Source: Deltaproteobacteria bacterium (GTDB taxonomy: Bacteria > Myxococcota > Kuafuiibacteriia > Kuafuiibacteriales > Kuafuiibacteriaceae). From it: a stretch of DNA of 64,000 bases. The stretch's first letter is position 1. Every line of letters begins with the position of its first letter. Of the stretch, positions 1 to 9,485 are shown in pieces. The stretch is taken from assembly GCA_040218735.1 (NCBI GenBank), contig JAVJQW010000023.1, positions 640,001 through 704,000 of the forward strand, read 5' to 3'. Position numbers and translations under genes: made by a program. The notes under the pieces are model-generated. The model was not told where the DNA came from. It worked only from the letters and a program-made list of their open reading frames with translations, and ran no database searches.

Positions 1-67
1 CTTGCAAAGACCGAAAGACGAAAAGATCCCGCGATGCTGCGCGAGATCAGAGGGGGTCGCCACCCGA

Positions 68-140
68 TGGGCCCTGTGGGAATCGAACCCACGACCTTGG
101 GATTAAAAATCCCCTGCTCTGCCGACTGAGCTAAAGGCCC
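68..140 (-). tRNA. tRNA-Lys (anticodon UUU), CCA not encoded
   Basis: Reverse complement reads GGGCCTT-TA-GCTC-AGTCGGCA-GAGC-A-GGGGA-TTTTTAA-TCCCA-AGGTC-GTGGG-TTCGATT-CCCAC-AGGGCCC-A, a full cloverleaf with a T-loop and TTT anticodon. Confidence 0.95.
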
Positions 141-240
141 TGCTCGCCTCCCTAATCCCCGGCTCCCGCACGGTCAAGCCCAAGCTCGCGCGGCGGTGCT
201 TGGACGTCCGGATGCGTTGTGGGGTACGTAGCTCCCCGCA

Positions 241-1503
241 ATGAAGCGAGCTGCTTGGATCGTCGCTGCGCTGATCGTCGTCGGGCTGGCCGTGGCCGGT
301 GCGTGCAAGGAGAACGATCCCCCGAAGTCGGCGCCGCCGCCCTCGCCTGCGAAGGCGCCGCCCGCCAAGGCGCCGCCGCCTGCGCCGAAGCCTCAGGGGA
401 CGCCGCCGTCTGCGGGCGCGGAGGTGCCCGCGAAGCGGGAGGCCTCCAAGGCCGACGTCGAGAAGGCCATCGCCACGCTCACCGCCAACGTCACCGCGGG
501 GGCGCACGACCGGACGAACCCCTGGGCGATGGCGCACGGACTGCTCGTGTTCGGGAAAGACATGAAGGCGTCCGACGGGCGGCTCGCCGTGGACGTCATG
601 GTCAGCGACTTCACCGTCAGCGCCAAGACCGACGGTCGCAAGATCTACGGCTTCCCCGAGCGCACCGCGAGCGGCACGCCCGTCGATCCGCACGGCAACA
701 TGATCGTCCGCGCCCTGCTCGCCGCCGGCGTGAACGAAGACAAGAAGTTCAAGCTCGGCACCGGCGAGACCATCACGCTCAAACGCCTCGCCGACGACGC
801 CGAGTGGGTCACCGCGATCCCCTCCAACGACAAAGACTGGCACCGCTTCGCCTGGACCCACGGCGCCATCCTCGAACGCCACGGCGCCTCCGACGCCATC
901 GACACCAAGTTCGGCAAGAAGACGCTCCTCGAGCTCGCGCTCCGCGCCGTGCACCACCTCGAAGAGGATCAACAAACGCTCACGCGACTCCGCGAGAGCG
1001 GACACCCCGATCAGGTCACCAAGGACCGCACCGGGATCTTCGGACACCCTTGCGGCGGCCTGCACTTCGTCCAGACCACCGCCGAAGCCGCCCAGCAACA
1101 GGGCGACGAAAACCTCCTCGCCAAGGTCCGCGCGCAGCTCGACACCGTGCTCTTCCGCTGGGAAGCCGAGCGCCGCATCTACCGCAACTTCGCCACGCAA
1201 CGCCCCGACGTCCGCATCCTGATCCTCGTGCAGGAGCTCAAGTTCTACGGGCACATCCTCGAGACGTTCGCGCTCGCCTCCGAACAAGGCGTCGTGAAGC
1301 TCTCCGCGGACGACAAGAAGCGCCTCCGCGAAGTCGCCGGCGACCTCCTGAACACCATCGAAGCGCTCTCGGGCGCGTACGCCAACCTCGACAAGATCAA
1401 GGCCTCGTCCGCCCAGACGTACTACGACCTCATCGGCGACGGCTGCCACGCGATTCGTGGCCTTCGTGAGGGCCTTGTGCCATTCTTCGGCGCTGACCCA
1501 TGA
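241..1503 (+). CDS. Lipoprotein of unknown function, helical, with Pro-rich linker
   Basis: Signal peptide with lipobox (LAVAGAC), Pro/Ala linker, motifs NPWAMAHGLL and HPCGGLH; stop overlaps the next start (ATGA). Confidence 0.8.
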   Translation: MKRAAWIVAALIVVGLAVAGACKENDPPKSAPPPSPAKAPPAKAPPPAPKPQGTPPSAGAEVPAKREASKADVEKAIATLTANVTAGAHDRTNPWAMAHGLLVFGKDMKASDGRLAVDVMVSDFTVSAKTDGRKIYGFPERTASGTPVDPHGNMIVRALLAAGVNEDKKFKLGTGETITLKRLADDAEWVTAIPSNDKDWHRFAWTHGAILERHGASDAIDTKFGKKTLLELALRAVHHLEEDQQTLTRLRESGHPDQVTKDRTGIFGHPCGGLHFVQTTAEAAQQQGDENLLAKVRAQLDTVLFRWEAERRIYRNFATQRPDVRILILVQELKFYGHILETFALASEQGVVKLSADDKKRLREVAGDLLNTIEALSGAYANLDKIKASSAQTYYDLIGDGCHAIRGLREGLVPFFGADP

Positions 1504-1898
1504 GCAAGCGGAAGATCCGCGTCGTCGCCGCCCAGATCGAACGCGACGGCAAGTACCTGATCACGCAGCGCAAGCCGACGAGCTCGCTCCCGCTGCTCTG
1601 GGAGTTCCCCGGCGGACGCGTCGAAGAAGGCGAATCGGACGAAGCCGCCCTCGCCCGCGAGCTGCGCGAGGAGATGGAGATCGACGTCGAAGTCCGCGAA
1701 CCGACCATCTCCGTCACCCACGAGTACACCGCCTACGTCATCGACTTCCGCGTCTACCGCTGCAAACTCGTCACCCCCGACGAAGAGATCCGCAAAATCG
1801 GTATCCACGATTTCACCTGGGTCTCACCGCTCGAGCTCGACGACTACGAATTCCCCGGCGCCGACCAAGCCACCGTCGACGCGCTCCTCGGCGACTGA
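1500..1898 (+). CDS. NUDIX hydrolase, MutT/NudG-like (d)NTP pyrophosphohydrolase
   Basis: Nudix box WEFPGGRVEEGESDEAALARELREEM. Confidence 0.9.
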   Translation: MSKRKIRVVAAQIERDGKYLITQRKPTSSLPLLWEFPGGRVEEGESDEAALARELREEMEIDVEVREPTISVTHEYTAYVIDFRVYRCKLVTPDEEIRKIGIHDFTWVSPLELDDYEFPGADQATVDALLGD

Positions 1899-1944
1899 CG
1901 CGACGAAGGTTGACATCACCCCCGAGGGGTTCCATCCGTGAAGG

Positions 1945-3129
1945 GTGAAGCTCGCAATCCTCTCGGCGAACTCGAAGTCGTACAGCACCAAGCGCCTCCG
2001 CGAAGCGGCCGAATCCCGCGGCCACAACGTGAAGGTCCTCAACACCCTCAAGTTCGCGATCGACCTCGAACAGGGCGCGCCGGACCTCTACTGGCGCCAG
2101 AAACAGCTCAGCACGTACGACGCCGTGCTCCCGCGCATCGGCGCGTCCATCACCTACTTCGGCACCGCCGTCGTCCGGCAGTTCGAGACGATGGACGTCT
2201 TCTGCGCGAACTCCGCCGTCGGCATCATCAACTCGCGCGACAAACTGCGCAGCCTCCAGATCCTCAGCCGCCACCGAATCGGCATCCCGCGTACGTCCTA
2301 CGTGCGTGACAAACGTGACGTCCTCCCCGCCATCGAACGCGTCGGCGGCGCACCCGTCATCATCAAGCTGATCGAAGGGACGCAGGGCATCGGCGTCCTG
2401 CTCGCCGAGTCCGTGAAGGCCGCGGAGTCGATCATCGAGCTCCTCCAGTCACAGAAGCAGAACGTCCTCGTCCAAAAGTTCGTCGCGGAGAGCAAAGGCA
2501 AGGACATCCGCGCGTTCGTCATCGGCGACCAGGTCGTCGCCGCCATGCGACGCGTCGCGCAGGGGCAAGAGTTCCGCAGCAACGTGCACCGCGGCGGACG
2601 CACCGAGCAGGTCGAGCTCGATCCCGAGTACGTGCGCACCGCCGTGCGCTCCGCGCAGATCCTCGGGCTGCGCGTCGCGGGCGTCGACATGCTCGAAGGC
2701 AAGGACGGCCCGCAGGTCATGGAGGTCAACTCGTCGCCGGGCCTCGAAGGCATCGAGACGTGCACGCAGCTCGACATCGCCGGCGCCATCGTCGACTACA
2801 TGGCCGCGCAGGTGGACTTCCCGGAGATCGACATCCGCCAACGCCTCACCGTCAGCCGCGGCTACGGCGTCGCCGAGCTGCACATCCCCGAGGGCTCCTC
2901 GTACGTCGGCAAGACCATCGAAGGAAACGAGTTCTGGAACCGCGACATCAACGTGCTCACGCTCTACCGCGGCACCACCGTCATCCCGAACCCGAAGACC
3001 ACGCGCGTCCTCGAAGCCGGCGACCGCCTGCTCTGCTTCGGCAAACTCGAAGCGATGCGCGGGATGGTGCCCGAAAAGACGCGCCGCCGCCGCCGCCCCA
3101 AGCTCGGCGAGCTCCCCCAGGAAAGTTAG
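1945..3129 (+). CDS. rimK: RimK-family alpha-L-glutamate ligase with C-terminal TrkA_C (RCK_C) domain
   Basis: ATP-grasp motifs YSTKRL, LPRIGASIT, GTQGIGV, FRSNVHRGG, EVNSSPGLEGIE; C-terminal IPEGSSYVGKTI...LEAGDRLLCFG. Confidence 0.9.
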   Translation: MKLAILSANSKSYSTKRLREAAESRGHNVKVLNTLKFAIDLEQGAPDLYWRQKQLSTYDAVLPRIGASITYFGTAVVRQFETMDVFCANSAVGIINSRDKLRSLQILSRHRIGIPRTSYVRDKRDVLPAIERVGGAPVIIKLIEGTQGIGVLLAESVKAAESIIELLQSQKQNVLVQKFVAESKGKDIRAFVIGDQVVAAMRRVAQGQEFRSNVHRGGRTEQVELDPEYVRTAVRSAQILGLRVAGVDMLEGKDGPQVMEVNSSPGLEGIETCTQLDIAGAIVDYMAAQVDFPEIDIRQRLTVSRGYGVAELHIPEGSSYVGKTIEGNEFWNRDINVLTLYRGTTVIPNPKTTRVLEAGDRLLCFGKLEAMRGMVPEKTRRRRRPKLGELPQES

Positions 3130-3130
3130 A

Positions 3131-5038
3131 TCAGGGTTCGAGCGGTAGTCGGAACGTGAAGCGCGTGCCGCGGCGCGTGCTCTCGTAGTTCACCGTCCCG
3201 CGGTGCTCCTCGGCGATCTGCCGGACCATCGCGAGGCCGAGGCCGGTGCCGCCGACCTTGCCGGACGTCGCGAACGGCTCGAACACGCGATCCTCGAGCT
3301 CCGACGGGATGCCGGAGCCGGTGTCCGTGAAGTGGATGACGAGGTACTCGTCGTCCTGCAGGACGCGGATGCGGAACGTTCCGCCCCCCGGCATCGCCTC
3401 GCGCGCGTTCCGCGCGATGTTGTGGAAGACACGCCGCATCTTCGTCTCGTCGAAGCGCGCGGCGCCGCGGTAACGCGTGTCGAGCACCAACGTGACGCCG
3501 GAACCCGCGAACTCCTGCTCGAGGTAATCGCGCATCTCGTCCATGAAGCGGTGCACGTAGACCTTGCGGATGAGGACGTTGCGCTCGCCGCGCGCGAACG
3601 CGAGGAGGTCCTTCGTCATCGCCGACAGCAGATCGATCTGCCGGTTCACGAGGTGCGCGTACTGCGAACGATCGTCGACGTTCTCCGACGACGCCATGAT
3701 CTGCGTGTAGCCGGAGATCAACGTCATCGGTGTTCGCATGTCGTGCATGACACCCGACAGCATCCGCCCGATCGTCGTGAGCCGCTCCGACTGCTCACGT
3801 TCCTTGCGCCGCCGCTCCGCCGCGATCGCACGGCCCGCCTGCGCGGCCACCACCGTCAACGTCGCGACGTCGCTCTGCGAGAAGTGTTTCTTGTCGCGGC
3901 GGTTGATCAGCTCGAACGAACCGATGATGCCCGAGTACTTCGTGCGGATCGGCACCGCGAGCACGGACCGCGCGTTGATGCGCCCGCGGCGCATCCCCTC
4001 CAGGTCGTTCAAACACACCGGCTCGCCCGTGCGAACGATGTTGCCGACGACCCCCTCGCCGATCTGCAGCGCGGTCTTTTCGAGCGAACGCGCGTAGACG
4101 CCGTGCGCGGCGATGACCTCGATGCGGAGGCCCCGCTCGTCGATCACGTGAATCGCCGCGGTCTTCGCGCGCAGCGCCGTCATCGCGGTGTCGAGGATCG
4201 CGCCGAGCATGTCTTCGAGCGCGGACGACTGCGAGATGACCCGCTCCGTCTCGAACAGCAGCTGCAACTCGGATTGTGTCTTTTCCAGCGCCTCCGAGTG
4301 TTCGACCGCCTGCCGGTAGAGCGTCGCCACCTCGAGCGCGACGCCGATCTCCGAAGCGATCGCCTCCAGCAGACGCTCGTCCGTCGCGTTGAAGTTGCCT
4401 TCCTTCTTGTTGAGGACCTGCACCACCCCGAGCACCTCCGTGCTCTGCGGGTGACGCACCGGCCACACGAGCATGCAGCGCGTCTTGTAACCGGACTCCT
4501 TGTCGAACGCCGGGTTGAAACGTTTGTCCTTGTACGCGTTGCGGATGTGGAGCGGCTTACCGTGGTCCGCAACCCAGCCTGCGAGGCCCTGCCCGAACGG
4601 GAGCCGAATCTCCTTGAGCTCCTCGCCCTGAATGATCTTCGACCACAGCTCGCGTTTGTCGGCGTCCACCAGGAACAGCGTGGAGCGATCCGCCTCCAGC
4701 AGGTCCGTCGTGCGCGACACGATCTCCGACAGCAGCGGGTCGAGCTCGAGGTTCGACCCGAGCGCGCGCCCGATCTGCTTCATCGCCTCGACGCGCCGCT
4801 CGGAGCGCTCGAGCTCGTAGTGCATGTCCGACAGCTCGCTCTCGAGCTCGCGGACGCGGGCCTCCAGCTCCTTCTGCGCGCCGCGCGTGCGGAGGATGTT
4901 GCGCTGGACGTCGGAGACGATCGGCCCGCGCGAGCGACCGTTGGCGCCGGAGCGCGACGGTAGACGCTTCTTCGCCTTCTTCTTCGGCGAGCGCTTCGGA
5001 GGGTCCGACCGGGCCACGATTGGCCGAAACGCTACCAT
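3131..5038 (-). CDS. Cytoplasmic sensor histidine kinase (coiled coil-GAF-GAF-HisKA-HATPase)
   Basis: GAF motifs (ADRSTLFLVD, FDKESGYKTRCML, VQVLNK), H-box VMHDMRTPM, N-box NIARNA, G-boxes DTGSGI and GTGLGL. Confidence 0.9.
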   Translation of the reverse strand: MVAFRPIVARSDPPKRSPKKKAKKRLPSRSGANGRSRGPIVSDVQRNILRTRGAQKELEARVRELESELSDMHYELERSERRVEAMKQIGRALGSNLELDPLLSEIVSRTTDLLEADRSTLFLVDADKRELWSKIIQGEELKEIRLPFGQGLAGWVADHGKPLHIRNAYKDKRFNPAFDKESGYKTRCMLVWPVRHPQSTEVLGVVQVLNKKEGNFNATDERLLEAIASEIGVALEVATLYRQAVEHSEALEKTQSELQLLFETERVISQSSALEDMLGAILDTAMTALRAKTAAIHVIDERGLRIEVIAAHGVYARSLEKTALQIGEGVVGNIVRTGEPVCLNDLEGMRRGRINARSVLAVPIRTKYSGIIGSFELINRRDKKHFSQSDVATLTVVAAQAGRAIAAERRRKEREQSERLTTIGRMLSGVMHDMRTPMTLISGYTQIMASSENVDDRSQYAHLVNRQIDLLSAMTKDLLAFARGERNVLIRKVYVHRFMDEMRDYLEQEFAGSGVTLVLDTRYRGAARFDETKMRRVFHNIARNAREAMPGGGTFRIRVLQDDEYLVIHFTDTGSGIPSELEDRVFEPFATSGKVGGTGLGLAMVRQIAEEHRGTVNYESTRRGTRFTFRLPLEP

Positions 5039-5048
5039 GCATCGCGGT

Positions 5049-5969
5049 TCAGTTCTCGGCGGTCAGCGCGCGGCCGTTCCTTGCGCTCATGACCTGCGGG
5101 AGCACCTCCCCGAGCGGGAGCCCGCCGGGGACACCGAAGTCCAGCGTACGGATCGGGAACGGGATCGTGATGTCGTTTTCGTCGAACTTGCGCTTGATCG
5201 CCATGATGACGTCACTGCGCGCGGTCAGGAAGTCCCGCTGCGTAGGATTGACCCAGACGCGGACCTTCATGTCGATCGACGAGGATCCGAAGCCCGTATA
5301 GACCGCGTCGACGTCCTTGCTCTCGAGGCGCCCGTCGATGCTCGACGCCGCCTCCACCGCGAGGCGCTTCGCCTTCTCGAGATCGTCGCCGTACGACACG
5401 CCGACCTCCAAGTCGATCCGGCGCTCGCCGCTCGTGTGGTAGTTCGTGATCTTCGAGTTGAAGATGTCCTTGTTCGGGATGATCACCTTCTGACCCTGGA
5501 ACGTGCGCCCGATCGTCACGCGCAGGTTGACGTCCTCGACGATCCCGAAGAACCCCGCCGCCTCGATCAAGTCACCGCGGTCGAACTGCCGACGGAACGC
5601 GAGCACCACACCGGACACGAAGTTCGACGCGATGTCCTGGAACGCAAAACCGAGCGCGAGGCCGATGACGCCGACACCGGCGAGGAGCGACTTCACCGTC
5701 CCGTCGAGCTGCAGGATGCCGAGCGCCGCGAACATCGCAGCGCCGAGCACGACGAGCCGACTGAGCTGCGTGACGAGCGCGGTCGCCTGGTGGTTGTCGG
5801 AGACGCGGTTGAGCGAGCGCTGAACGATCGCCCCGACGAGCTTCGACGCGCCGAAGCCGATCAACAGCACCACGATCGCGACCGCGAAGTTCGGCAACAG
5901 CGCCGCCGCGGCGTTCGTCCACCCCTCGAGGGTGGAGAGGACTTGGTCGAGCAGGTTCTCCCAGTTCAT
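5049..5969 (-). CDS. MscS-family mechanosensitive channel
   Basis: GLALGFAFQDIASNFVSG, GDLIE, IIPN, GVSYGDD, FGSSSID, IPFPIR; start placed at MNWENL. Confidence 0.9.
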   Translation of the reverse strand: MNWENLLDQVLSTLEGWTNAAAALLPNFAVAIVVLLIGFGASKLVGAIVQRSLNRVSDNHQATALVTQLSRLVVLGAAMFAALGILQLDGTVKSLLAGVGVIGLALGFAFQDIASNFVSGVVLAFRRQFDRGDLIEAAGFFGIVEDVNLRVTIGRTFQGQKVIIPNKDIFNSKITNYHTSGERRIDLEVGVSYGDDLEKAKRLAVEAASSIDGRLESKDVDAVYTGFGSSSIDMKVRVWVNPTQRDFLTARSDVIMAIKRKFDENDITIPFPIRTLDFGVPGGLPLGEVLPQVMSARNGRALTAEN

Positions 5970-6144
5970 GCGCGATCCGCTTCGCCACTTTCGTGCCGGG
6001 GCCATCGACGCAGCTTTCGCGCACGAACCTGCGCGCTGCGCGAGGCAACGTGCGGCGCCCGTGGCGTTTCGCCACGCCGCCCCGTGCAGAGCGGCGCGCA
6101 GGAGCCGCGATCCGGGTGGCACGGATGCTGCTCTTCAACCGGGC

Positions 6145-6681
6145 ATGACCGACAATTTTGTACTCGACATCGAACGTATCCGAGACCGCGCGAAGCGCGA
6201 GATGGAGAAGGGCGCCGTGACGGACGCGTACGGCGCGGACCGCGAGCAAGTCATCAAGGTCCTCAACGAAGCGCTCGCGACGGAGATCGTCTGCACGCTC
6301 CGCTACAAGAACCACTACTACCGCGCCTCCGGCATCCGCGGTCGCGAAGCGGCCGAGGAGTTCCTGGAGCACGCGCAGGAGGAGCAGGCGCACGCGGATC
6401 AGATCGCCGAACGCATCACGCAGCTCGGCGGCGTCCCGGATCTGAACCCGAAGACCATCGCGACCCGCGCGCACGCGGAGTACACAAACGACGACACCCG
6501 CACGCTGGAAGCGATGCTCAAGGAAGACCTCGTCGCAGAGCGCATCGCCGTCGACGTCTACACGCAGATGGCGAAGTGGCTCGGCGACAAGGACCCGACC
6601 ACCCGCCGCATGATCGAAGAGATCCTCGCGACGGAGGAGGAGCACGCCGACGACATCGCGGACCTCCTCGAGAGCCGCTAG
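6145..6681 (+). CDS. Bacterioferritin/DpsL-like ferritin-family protein
   Basis: LNEALATE, EEQAHADQIAERITQLGG, EEEHADD di-iron motifs; Gln where heme-binding BFRs have Met. Confidence 0.85.
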   Translation: MTDNFVLDIERIRDRAKREMEKGAVTDAYGADREQVIKVLNEALATEIVCTLRYKNHYYRASGIRGREAAEEFLEHAQEEQAHADQIAERITQLGGVPDLNPKTIATRAHAEYTNDDTRTLEAMLKEDLVAERIAVDVYTQMAKWLGDKDPTTRRMIEEILATEEEHADDIADLLESR

Positions 6682-6765
6682 CCAACAGCGCACAGCAGAG
6701 AACCGCCCCTCTCGCAGCCGGCTGCTGCCCTCTGGCTGCCGGCTGCCGGCTGCCAGCTCATAGCT
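6679..6765. repeat. Inverted heptamer arrays between convergent genes
   Basis: TAGCCAA CAGCGCA CAGCAGA ... then GGCTGCT GCCCTCT GGCTGCC GGCTGCC GGCTGCC AGCTCAT (7-nt period). Confidence 0.6.
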
Positions 6766-6767
6766 TC

Positions 6768-9485
6768 TCAGTGCGCGTCGTCCCAGCTCGGTCCCCAGCT
6801 CGCTTCGCAGTCGAGCGGGACCTCGAGCGGGTAGATGTTCTCCATCAGCTGCGTGACGAGCTTCGCGACCGCCTCGGCGTCCTCCTCGGGCGCCTCGACG
6901 AGGAGCTCGTCGTGTACCTGCAGCAGGATCCGCGCGGCCGGGAACTCCTCCGCGAGCACCGCGTCGACGCGGATCATCGCCAGCTTCATCAGGTCTGCGG
7001 CGCTCCCCTGGATGGGCGTGTTCGTCGCGATCCGTTCCGCGGCGGCGCGCGCCCCGCGGTTCTTGGAGTTGATGTCCGAGATCAGCCGGCGCCGCCCGAG
7101 GATCGTCCGCACGATCCCATTCGCACGTGCGCCGTCGAGGGTTTCGTCGATGAACTTTCGCACGCCCGGCTGGCGATCGAAGTAGTCCTTCACGAACTGC
7201 GAAGCCGTGCGACGCGGGATCTTCAGGTCCCGCGCGAGACGCACCGGCCCCATCCCGTACAACACGCCGAAGTTCACCGCCTTCGCCTGCGTTCGCTTCT
7301 CGCGATCGACCTCCTCCGGATCGATCTGGAAGATCGCCGCCGCCGTGCGCGTGTGCACGTCCGCGCGATCCGCGAACGCCTTCAACAGCAACGCGTCTTG
7401 CGAGAAGTGCGCGAGCACGCGCAGCTCGATCTGCGAGTAGTCCACCGAGATGAGCGCGTTGCCCTCGTCCGCGATGAACACCTGACGCAGCTCGCGCCCC
7501 AGCTCGGTGCGGATCGGGATGTTCTGGAGGTTCGGGTCCGTCGACGACAGGCGCCCCGTCGCCGCTGTGCTCTGGGAGAACAGCGTGTGCACGCGACCGG
7601 TCTTCGGCGACACCATCTTCGGCAGCGCCTCGACGTACGTGCTCTGGAGCTTCTGCACCTGACGGTAGTCGAGGATCGCCTGCGGTAGCGGGTGCGCATC
7701 CGCGAGATTTTCGAGCACGGACTGGTCCGTCGAAGGCCGCCCCGTGCGGGTGCGTTTCACGATCTTCAGCTCCAGCTCCTCGAAGAGGATCTGCTCGAGC
7801 TGCTTCGGCGAGCCGACGTTGAACTCCTTGCCCGCCGCCTCGAAACACGTCGCCTCCAGGCGCTTCAGCTCCTTGCCGAACCGCTCCGACATCCGCGCCA
7901 ACCGATCGAGATCGATCCGGATCCCCACGCGCTCCATCCGCGACAACACCGGCACCAGCGGCAGCTCGACGTCCTTCAGCACGCCGTCCACCGCCGCGTC
8001 CTCGATCGCCGGCTCCATCGCCTGCGTCCCGACCAACGCGATGTCCGCGAGCTCCGCCATCAGCGGCGTCATCTCGGGCGCCGGCTGCGACTCCACCGTG
8101 ACCGCCTTCTTCCCGGTGCCGAGGACCTTCGAACGCTCCAGCGGCTCGTGGCCGATGTACCGCCGCGACACCAACACCGGGCCGTGGTTCAGCTCGTCGG
8201 GCTCCAAGAGATAACTCGCGATCGTCGTGTCGAACGCGAGGCCCGCCATCTCGATCCCCTCGCGCGCCAGCACACCAACGACGTTCTTCGCGTCGACCGA
8301 CACCTTGGTGATCGCCGAGTCCGTGAACACCGGCACGAGCGCCTCGAGCACCGTCGCCGCGTCGAGCCCGTCGCCGTGCGCGAGCGGCACGTAGACCGCC
8401 TTGTCCTTCTCACGCGACAGACCGATCCCCACGAGCTTCGAGTCGACCGCCTGCGTCGTGTCCGTCTCGAACCACACGCCGATGCGCGACGCCGACTTCA
8501 ACTCGGCGACCACCGTCTCGAGCTGCTTGGCGGTGGTGATCGTCCGGTACCCCTCGCGGTCGATCGTGATCTGCAGGCTCTTCGGCCCCTCCGGCGCGGG
8601 GGGCGGCTCCAGCTCGTCTTCGTCCTGCGCGACCTTCGGGATGAGCTTCTTGAACTCGAGCTCGGTGTACAGCTCGTACAGGCGCGACTGATCCGGCCCG
8701 CCGTAACGGAGCTCTTCGACGTCCTCGACGGAGACCTTCACGTGGTCGTCGAGCGCGACGAGCTTCCTCGACAAACGCGCGTCCTCCGCGTTCGCCGCGA
8801 GGTTCTCGCCCATCTTGCCTTTGACCTTCTTGTTCTTCGCCGCCTCCAGCACGGATTCGAGGTCGCCGTGTTTGTTGAGCAGCTTCGCCGCGGTCTTCAG
8901 GCCGACGCCGCGCACGCCCGGGATGTTGTCGGTCGAGTCCCCCGCGAGCGCGAGCGCGTCGGCGACGAGCTCGGGCGGCACCCCCATCTTCTCCTCGACC
9001 TCCTTCGGACCGAAGCGCTGGTTGCGCATCGGCTCGAAGATCGTCACGCGGTCATTGACGAGCTGGAACAGATCCTTGTCTCCGGTGATCAACCGAACGT
9101 CGAAGCCCTGCTCCAACGCGATGCGGACGAGCGTCGCGATCGTGTCGTCGGCCTCGCACCCCTCGAGATTGAAACACGGCAAGAGGAACGCCTCCGCGAT
9201 CTGGTGGATGCGCGGGATCTGCGTCGCGAGATCCTCCGGCGGCGGCGGACGGTTCGCCTTGTACTCGGGGTAGAGGTCCTTGCGGAAGTTGTTGCCGCCG
9301 GCGTCGAACGTGATCGCGAAGTGCGTCGGGCTCTCCTCCCGGAGCGCCTTGTCGATCATCGTCGCGAACCCCATGGCCGCGTTGGTCGGTTCGCCGCGCG
9401 CGGTGGTGAGCGGTCGAATCGCGTAGTAGGCCCGGAAGATGTAGCCGGAGCCGTCGATGATGTGGAGGAGCGGTCGTTTTTTCAC
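6768..9485 (-). CDS. polA: DNA polymerase I
   Basis: 5'-3' exonuclease (IDGSGYIFRAYY, GDSTDNIPGVRGVG) and PolA motifs TGRLSSTDPNLQNIP, DYSQIELR, KAVNFGVLYG, QVHDEL. Confidence 0.98.
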   Translation of the reverse strand: MKKRPLLHIIDGSGYIFRAYYAIRPLTTARGEPTNAAMGFATMIDKALREESPTHFAITFDAGGNNFRKDLYPEYKANRPPPPEDLATQIPRIHQIAEAFLLPCFNLEGCEADDTIATLVRIALEQGFDVRLITGDKDLFQLVNDRVTIFEPMRNQRFGPKEVEEKMGVPPELVADALALAGDSTDNIPGVRGVGLKTAAKLLNKHGDLESVLEAAKNKKVKGKMGENLAANAEDARLSRKLVALDDHVKVSVEDVEELRYGGPDQSRLYELYTELEFKKLIPKVAQDEDELEPPPAPEGPKSLQITIDREGYRTITTAKQLETVVAELKSASRIGVWFETDTTQAVDSKLVGIGLSREKDKAVYVPLAHGDGLDAATVLEALVPVFTDSAITKVSVDAKNVVGVLAREGIEMAGLAFDTTIASYLLEPDELNHGPVLVSRRYIGHEPLERSKVLGTGKKAVTVESQPAPEMTPLMAELADIALVGTQAMEPAIEDAAVDGVLKDVELPLVPVLSRMERVGIRIDLDRLARMSERFGKELKRLEATCFEAAGKEFNVGSPKQLEQILFEELELKIVKRTRTGRPSTDQSVLENLADAHPLPQAILDYRQVQKLQSTYVEALPKMVSPKTGRVHTLFSQSTAATGRLSSTDPNLQNIPIRTELGRELRQVFIADEGNALISVDYSQIELRVLAHFSQDALLLKAFADRADVHTRTAAAIFQIDPEEVDREKRTQAKAVNFGVLYGMGPVRLARDLKIPRRTASQFVKDYFDRQPGVRKFIDETLDGARANGIVRTILGRRRLISDINSKNRGARAAAERIATNTPIQGSAADLMKLAMIRVDAVLAEEFPAARILLQVHDELLVEAPEEDAEAVAKLVTQLMENIYPLEVPLDCEASWGPSWDDAH

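Noticed and set aside
6145-6681. Encapsulin cargo ferritin
   Set aside because: No LTVGSL-type targeting peptide and no encapsulin gene nearby
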